64,000 bases of DNA, taken from positions 37,014,001 to 37,078,000 of the forward strand of contig OZ024753.1 of the NCBI GenBank assembly GCA_964016885.1, written 5' to 3'. The notes under the pieces are model-generated. The model was not told where the DNA came from, did no database searches, and was given only the letters and a program-made list of their open reading frames with translations. The position numbers and the translations under genes were made by a program. The number at the start of each line of letters is the position of its first letter. The stretch's first letter is position 1. This DNA is from Eledone cirrhosa (taxonomy: Eukaryota). This document shows, piece after piece, positions 56,669 to 64,000 of this stretch.

Positions 56669-57321
56669 ATATATATTACATTCATTTAAATTATTGATGT
56701 ATTGTTTTATTGATATTTTTTATCTGTTTGTCCCGAATCTTCTATTATCGATTTTTTATCGTATGGTTGATTGTAGACTTGTTCTATATGTGACGGTATT
56801 TTAACGATAGTTATAGCTCTGATTCATCTGAATTATTGAGCCCTCTGCCGCTCATTTCGAATTTTGTTTATCGTGAACTCGTGCGCCGATTTTTCGATAC
56901 TCGATCTTTCTAATATATATATATATATATATATAATGTAGGAGGTGAGTTTTATTGTAGGACAATAAACCAATGCAAATATCGGATAAGTAGCACGCAA
57001 CAGTTTATTGGACTGGAGTATATATAAGAAGAAATTAAAAGATGGTTAAAAAAGTTCCAAGTATTTTATTATGCGCATTTCAAAAACAAATATCATCCTA
57101 GGACGATATTTGCGTTCTCATCAAATAGAATAGGGAAACATGATATGATGCCTAAAAAACACTTGTCAGCAAGGAAGTGTCCAGTCAACATATGATAAAT
57201 AAATTTAAAAGGATATAGAAGATTCTTCCAATCTTCTATATCCTTTGAAATTTATTTATCATATGTTGACTGTACACTTCCTTGCTCACAAGTGTTTTTT
57301 AGGCATCATATCATGTTTCCC

Positions 57322-57392
57322 TATTCTATCTGATGAGAACGCAAATATCGTCCTAGGATGATATTTGTTTTTGAAATGCGTATAATAAAATA
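57322..57392 (+). ncRNA. Type I hammerhead, family C; the minus-strand partner 57062-57132 has TTGATGA
   Basis: TATTCTAT-CTGATGA-...-GAAA-TGCGTA-TA-ATAAAATA. Confidence 0.75.
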
Positions 57393-57518
57393 CTTGGAAC
57401 TTTTTTAACCATCTTTTAATTTTTTCTTATATATATATATATATTGTAATAATAAATGTGAAAACTAAAATCCGAACAGGGCTCGATAAAGATTATATGT
57501 TCTTATAATAAATATATA

Positions 57519-57614
<96 letters not shown>

Positions 57615-57769
57615 ATCAGGATAGAACCAGTTTATGTGATGGGCTTCTGCGGTTTGCCCTACCAAATTCCACTTACATGGCATTGGTTAACCCGTGGATA
57701 TAATAGGAGACATTTGGCAAAGATGCTGCACAACAAAACCTCACCCAGATCCACGTGGTTACAAAGCGA

Positions 57770-57846
<77 letters not shown>

Positions 57847-58124
57847 CATGCATAGACACACACACATACGCGTATATATAATGTGTGTATGCGCGTGTGC
57901 AATCCAAAATACGGCGCCATACAGTGGCCGGTAAAGTAGCGCCCCCACTTTTCCTCCACTAACACCACCAAGTGACGGGAAGTTGATTTATATGTAAACC
58001 GATACAACAGCACTTCAATAGAGGAGAAGAGCAGTACTTGACACGTTCTTTCTTTTAGTTACTTGCTGTTTGTTGTTGTTGTTCTCGAGTGACTTTATTC
58101 ATTTCTGACGTATGTCCATTCCAC

Positions 58125-58218
58125 CTGAGACCCTCTTCTCTTGCAGGTCTTCATCGTTGGCTGACAGTTTAGAAAGGATATAAATTAAAAAAATGAGACC
58201 CTTCTTGAATGCACTCAT
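58125..58218 (-). CDS. Candidate signal-peptide exon of the aGPCR (MSAFKKGLIFLIYILSKLSANDE...)
   Basis: ATG, basic then hydrophobic stretch; phase-1 end matches the 45022 exon, but the donor (gtggaa) is weak. Confidence 0.3.
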
Positions 58219-58724
58219 TTTGTTATTGCTGTTGGTGATTTTTAAACGCTTCATTACCAAATTTCTTATAAAAGACATTGCCACTGATTTTCAAATAATT
58301 GTCTCTACTTTAGGCACAAGGCCAGCAATTACCCAGTGCATTACTGGTACTTTATTTTATCGACTCCGTAAGGATGAAAGGCAAAGTCAACCTCGGCGGG
58401 ATTTGAACTCAGATCGTAAAGGGACGTAACTATGCTGGAAAGCATGGCGTCCGACCCTCTACTGATACTGCCAATCCGAAAATAATCAATAATTTTAAGA
58501 CATCGTATTATAACATATAGTACTACAACAATTGGCAGTATCGGTAGAGGGTCGGAGACGATACCTCGTCGCATAGAGTTACGGCCCTTTACATTCTGAG
58601 TTCAAATCCCGCTGAGGTTGGCTTTGTCTTTCATCCTTACAGGGTGCCCCCCCCCCCAAAAAAAATGTGTACACACTATTATTAGAATGCTTTCGAAGTG
58701 TGTTTACATTTTTTGGGAACACCT

Positions 58725-58760
<36 letters not shown>

Positions 58761-58844
58761 AGGAGAGAGAGATAGAGAGAGAGAGCGATAGAAAGAGAGG
58801 GATATATATATATACATGTATGTATATATATATATATATATAAG

Positions 58845-58882
<38 letters not shown>

Positions 58883-58884
58883 AG

Positions 58885-58940
<56 letters not shown>

Positions 58941-59079
58941 AGTATATATATACATATATATAAGTATATATATATACATGAGTATATATATACATATATA
59001 TAAGTATATATATACATATATATAAGTATATATATACATATATATAAGTATATATATATACATATATATAAGTATATAT

Positions 59080-59141
<62 letters not shown>

Positions 59142-59530
59142 CGGAAACAGGAGAAAGAATGAGAAAATATTGGAAAGGAGAGGAAGACGTTTTCTAGATT
59201 TAAGCAGTTAATTGTCAACTAAAAGGAGGACGTAGATGTCATGACTAGCAGATTCTATTAATAGCTGTTGTATTAAGGAAGCAGCATTGCTTGCTAGACT
59301 TCTTTTTTACGTCCTGTTTTACATAGTGTGAACATGGATGGATGTTATTAAGAATAATTATGCCAAGTGGAACATAATATAGTATAATATAATATAATAT
59401 ATATTTGGAGTGGAAGAGTGAGTGGGTGAGAGAGAAAGATGGAGAAGGAGGAGGTAGAATTAAGGAGGTCAATGTGACAAAGTAGGAGAGAATGAAGGAG
59501 TGCGGAAGTGATAGGTAGGTAGATAGATAG

Positions 59531-59572
<42 letters not shown>

Positions 59573-59661
59573 GGAAAATTTGAACAGGAATAAAACAGAG
59601 AGGCAGTACAACGAATGTTTATTAATTTCACGCTCTGGAGAGTGGGGTGGTGGTGGTGGGG

Positions 59662-60141
59662 AACGACGTTTCGGGCATAAGCCCTTCCTCAGGTGAGAAG
59701 TGTGTGGGAAGAGAGTTCAAAGGGTGTGTAGGGGAGTGGTGGAGAGATATATAGCGAAAAGGGGGTGGGAGGAAACGGTGCGAATGATATATATATATGA
59801 ACATGCAACCCCGTTCTTCCCCCAACCCTTGCTTTCACATACACACACACACACACGTACACCTACACACACACACCACCTTCAGCCCTCCCCGCTCGGA
59901 CACCCCGTCTCCCTCTCCCCACTCCACCCGCCACCACCCCTACACGCCCCACACCCTTCCACCACCTGTTTTACCCCATTTTAATTTTATTTTGATCATG
60001 CCTTTATTTTTAATTTCATTTGCACCGTTTCCTCTCACCCCCTTTTTGCTATATGTCTCTCCACCACTCCCCTACACACTCTTTGAACTCTCTTCCCGCA
60101 CACTTTTCACCTGAAGAAGGGCTTATGCCCGAAACGTCGTT
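59662..60141. ncRNA. Minimal hammerheads, family H: 59662-59695(-) and 60108-60141(+)
   Basis: AC-CTGARGA-A-GGGC.TTAT.GCCC-GAAA-CG-TC-GT; stem I only 2-3 bp. Confidence 0.65.
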
Positions 60142-60226
60142 CCCCACCACCACCCCACTCTCAAGAGCGTAAAATTAATAAACATTTGTTGTACTGCCTC
60201 TCTGTTTTATTCCCGTTCAATTTTTC

Positions 60227-60281
<55 letters not shown>

Positions 60282-60487
60282 CAAAGGAATTGTGGTAAGG
60301 AACCAGATGGACCATAACGCACCAGAGTACTCAATACTTAGGGTAGTAGAGTGGGAAATAGGAAAAAGTATGACCCCGATGGCAGAGCTCAAGCCGTTTC
60401 GACGGCTATTTCTGGTCCAGAAATAGCCGTCGAAACGGCTTGAGCTCTGCCGTCGGGTCATACTTTTTCCTACACACACACACACTA

Positions 60488-60527
<40 letters not shown>

Positions 60528-60726
60528 GTTTCTACTTTTGGCACAAGGCCAACAATTACCCAGTACATTACTGCTACTTTATTTTATCGACCCCGTAAGG
60601 ATGAAAAGCAAAGTTAACCTCGGCGGGATTTGAATTCAGAATGATGGCCATGGCCTTAACTCTATGCGTCAAAGTATGGCGTCCCACCCTCTACCGATAC
60701 TGCCAATAATGTAGATAGATAGATAA

Positions 60727-60907
<181 letters not shown>

Positions 60908-62277
60908 AGTGAAAGGCAACCGATGACGTATTCCATAGAATTAATAAGCCTCGGCTTGACTCTTTCCTCCTCAGGTTAGTTTTAATTGGTTTGAGTACTA
61001 ATCCTTTACAGATCACATAACCCGTGATTGTGTAGTAGAGCGTGCCTTCATTGTCGAGGTTAACTTTGCCTTTCATCCTTACGGGGTCGATAAAATAAAG
61101 TACCAGTAATGTACTGGGTTATTGCTGGCCTTGTGCCTAAAGTAGAAACAATATTATTTACTGACACCCGAAAGGATAAACGGTAAAATCTAATCGGATT
61201 TGAACTCAGAACGTAGCGAAGTATTTAATCCGATGAGGCGGTGAATTGTCGGAGATGTTAGAATGTCGGATAGACTGCTTTGCAGTATTCGTTTCGGCTC
61301 TGTACTCTCTCAGTTCAAATTCCACCGAGATCAACTTTGCCTTTATCCATTCGAGATCGATAAAATAAGTACCAGTGAAATACTGGGGTCGAATCTTCCT
61401 CTATCTCGTTTTCTTACTTCCATTCTCTCACACTATATCTTTTTCCGGAAGAAATCTGCTGTACTCAGACCTGAGGAGGAGATAGGCTCCAACAGGTCAA
61501 CTTTGCCTTTCATCCACCAAAAGGTACCAGTCAAATACTGGAGTTGATTCTTCCTCTATATATCTCTCTCACTTCCATTCTCTCACTCTGTATCTTCCTT
61601 AGAAAGAAATCTGCTGCATTCAGACCTGGAGAGGAGATGGGCTCCACCAGGTTTAATAAAATACCCCAGAAAGGCAGCATGTCCCTACGACATCCCTACG
61701 ACTCCCCCTGGAGTTACGGAGCCATTCATTTATTCATTTAATCCGATCCTGACACGAATGTCCTAATTCTCTGCCTTCAGATAACTGGAATATAAAAGAA
61801 TCGGTCCATCAGGGTCATCTCATATCTTGGCTGTAATCTTCAAGGACTTTTACACTTGGGGAATGGGAAGTATTTCGGCGCGTGCTTCCTAGATATGCTC
61901 TTTGAGTGTTTTATACTAATTTGTCATTTTATCTCAACTATCTAATTAACGTGACTATCTATGTTTCTAATTAACCACGTATTCATTAAAAGAACCGTTT
62001 ATCTACCTATCTATTCATCCATCCATCCAATCTACTAATTACCCCATTCGCTATCTAATTATCTATATATCTTACACAGTAGGTATATTTATTACGACTT
62101 CATTGCTTCAAAATTTCTCGAAACAACGTCTTTTATAATCTCTGCAGTATACAGACCAACTAATTATTGACACTACCCTCAAGAACATCGCATACAAAGG
62201 TGAAACGCAATTTAACTCTAATGTAATTTCAATGATGCCCTCACACGAGGTTCTATGTGTATGAATCTCTCTCTCTC

Positions 62278-62326
<49 letters not shown>

Positions 62327-62698
62327 GGGGGTAAAAACCGGGAGGTTATATCCTTTTGAGAAGCAAACTTAGTAAAGAGTTCAAAGATTTCAAGAAAAAT
62401 ATTTCAGGAGGTTTCTTATGAACTGTATTTTCTTAATCTGAGGGTGCACCATCGAAAAGTAGGAGGGTAGACCCACCCAATAATCACCCCTTCCTGGTGA
62501 CTTGCGCGTCTTGAGGATCGAACTCAAAACTATTAGACTTGATAGTACAACGCTATCAACTCAGCTATTCCACTTGTAAAACAAACAATATATTGTCATA
62601 TACGCATTTATAATATCTAAAAGGACAACTGTTTCCATCTTAGTACGAACCAATCTCTCTCTCTATATATATATACATACATACATACATACATACAT

Positions 62699-62783
<85 letters not shown>

Positions 62784-62914
62784 CCTATATATATATATAC
62801 ACACACATTTACATATATATATGTATAGAAACATATACATATATACATGTATATATACATATCTATGTATACACATACACGCACATATATATGTATGTAT
62901 ATATACATACATAC

Positions 62915-62992
<78 letters not shown>

Positions 62993-63384
62993 ATATACAT
63001 ACATATATACACAGAAATATATATATATATATATATCTTGCACAAAGAACACTGCTTGCTCTTTCGTCGGTTTTGCATAAAAATGGAACCAGTGTATTTT
63101 CGTATCGGTGTTTCGTTTGAAAGCCAAAGTACTAGGAAGTATTGAGGTAGGTTCTAGAAGCTAACATCCGGTGTCCCATGACGTTAACAACACTACTTGT
63201 TGATATTTACTCACAAGTGTGTATAGCAGAGATATAGAAGCTCTATTGATATTAACAATTGTAAGTAAGATTTACTACGCTGTCTAAATGTAAATCTGCG
63301 CCAGTTGTGTCTTGTCTGTGTGTTTTGTATGTATGTTAGGTGTGCAAACACACATAGAATCACACATCCACTTACAAACACACC

Positions 63385-63489
<105 letters not shown>

Positions 63490-63698
63490 TAGAAATAGAA
63501 GCTTTCGCCGTATTTTTTTTACTGAAGAAGTTTTAGCCTGATAGTGGGGTTTAGAACCCTCTAAGAAATGGAAAAAGATTAGTATTGACGTACGCACACA
63601 CACACTGAGATCCCAACATACACATAGATTCATACACCACTTCCCCAGATTTCCACAACCACAGATGCGGAAATATGAACTCACATTTGGACGAACCT

Positions 63699-63732
<34 letters not shown>

Positions 63733-63925
63733 GCATTTAAATATAGCCACGGATGCATTTATCAGACACACAACCATTCTCACATCCAAACATTTATACT
63801 CACACATACATACGACCACAACCACTCACACATGCACACGTATGTCAGTGTATTTCCGTATTTTGGCCTTTGCGGAAGAGGAAGTTGTATAGATAACGAT
63901 TTCTTTCATTAAAAAAAAAGTATAG

Positions 63926-63979
<54 letters not shown>

Positions 63980-64000
63980 AGCAACTGTTTCCTAAAGGAT

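Noticed and set aside
56937-57430. Interpreting the fold-back elements as MITEs or miRNA precursors
   Set aside because: Asymmetric ends, variable inversion points, ribozyme cores and the GIY-YIG link fit Penelope-type insertions better; true MITEs in this window have short fixed TIRs and TSDs.
62075-63283. Possible further minus-strand exons (about 62075-62141 and 63215-63283)
   Set aside because: Splice-like signals only; no recognisable coding content, cannot be supported without RNA data.

Overview
Eukaryotic, AT-rich, microsatellite-dense DNA. The SINE/RTE repertoire and (TA)n load suggest an octopod cephalopod (inference). Most ORFs in the track are microsatellite artefacts. Real content: (1) a minus-strand adhesion GPCR gene read by hand as 19 GT-AG, phase-consistent coding exons (45022->17402, about 848 aa, N-terminal exon uncertain) encoding a C-type lectin with EPN motif, Ser/Thr stalk, HormR, GAIN/GPS (HL|TNFAILM), 7TM and a short tail; (2) a probable last coding exon of a plus-strand gene at 683-859; (3) a 5'-truncated RTE LINE, SINEs sharing its tail, a second abundant SINE family, DNA-transposon MITEs and RLE-type retroelement scraps. 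The most notable signal is about 19 intact-core type I hammerhead ribozyme motifs (plus mutated and truncated ones) from at least 8 sequence families, in small elements sitting in (TA)n tracts, many as fold-back inverted repeats. Many of these families share a terminal ACTC..GAGT hairpin with one compensatory variant, and one family is attached to a Penelope-like GIY-YIG endonuclease remnant. Together they look like a diverse, microsatellite-associated Penelope/retrozyme-type system populating the GPCR introns. All alignments and folds were done by eye.
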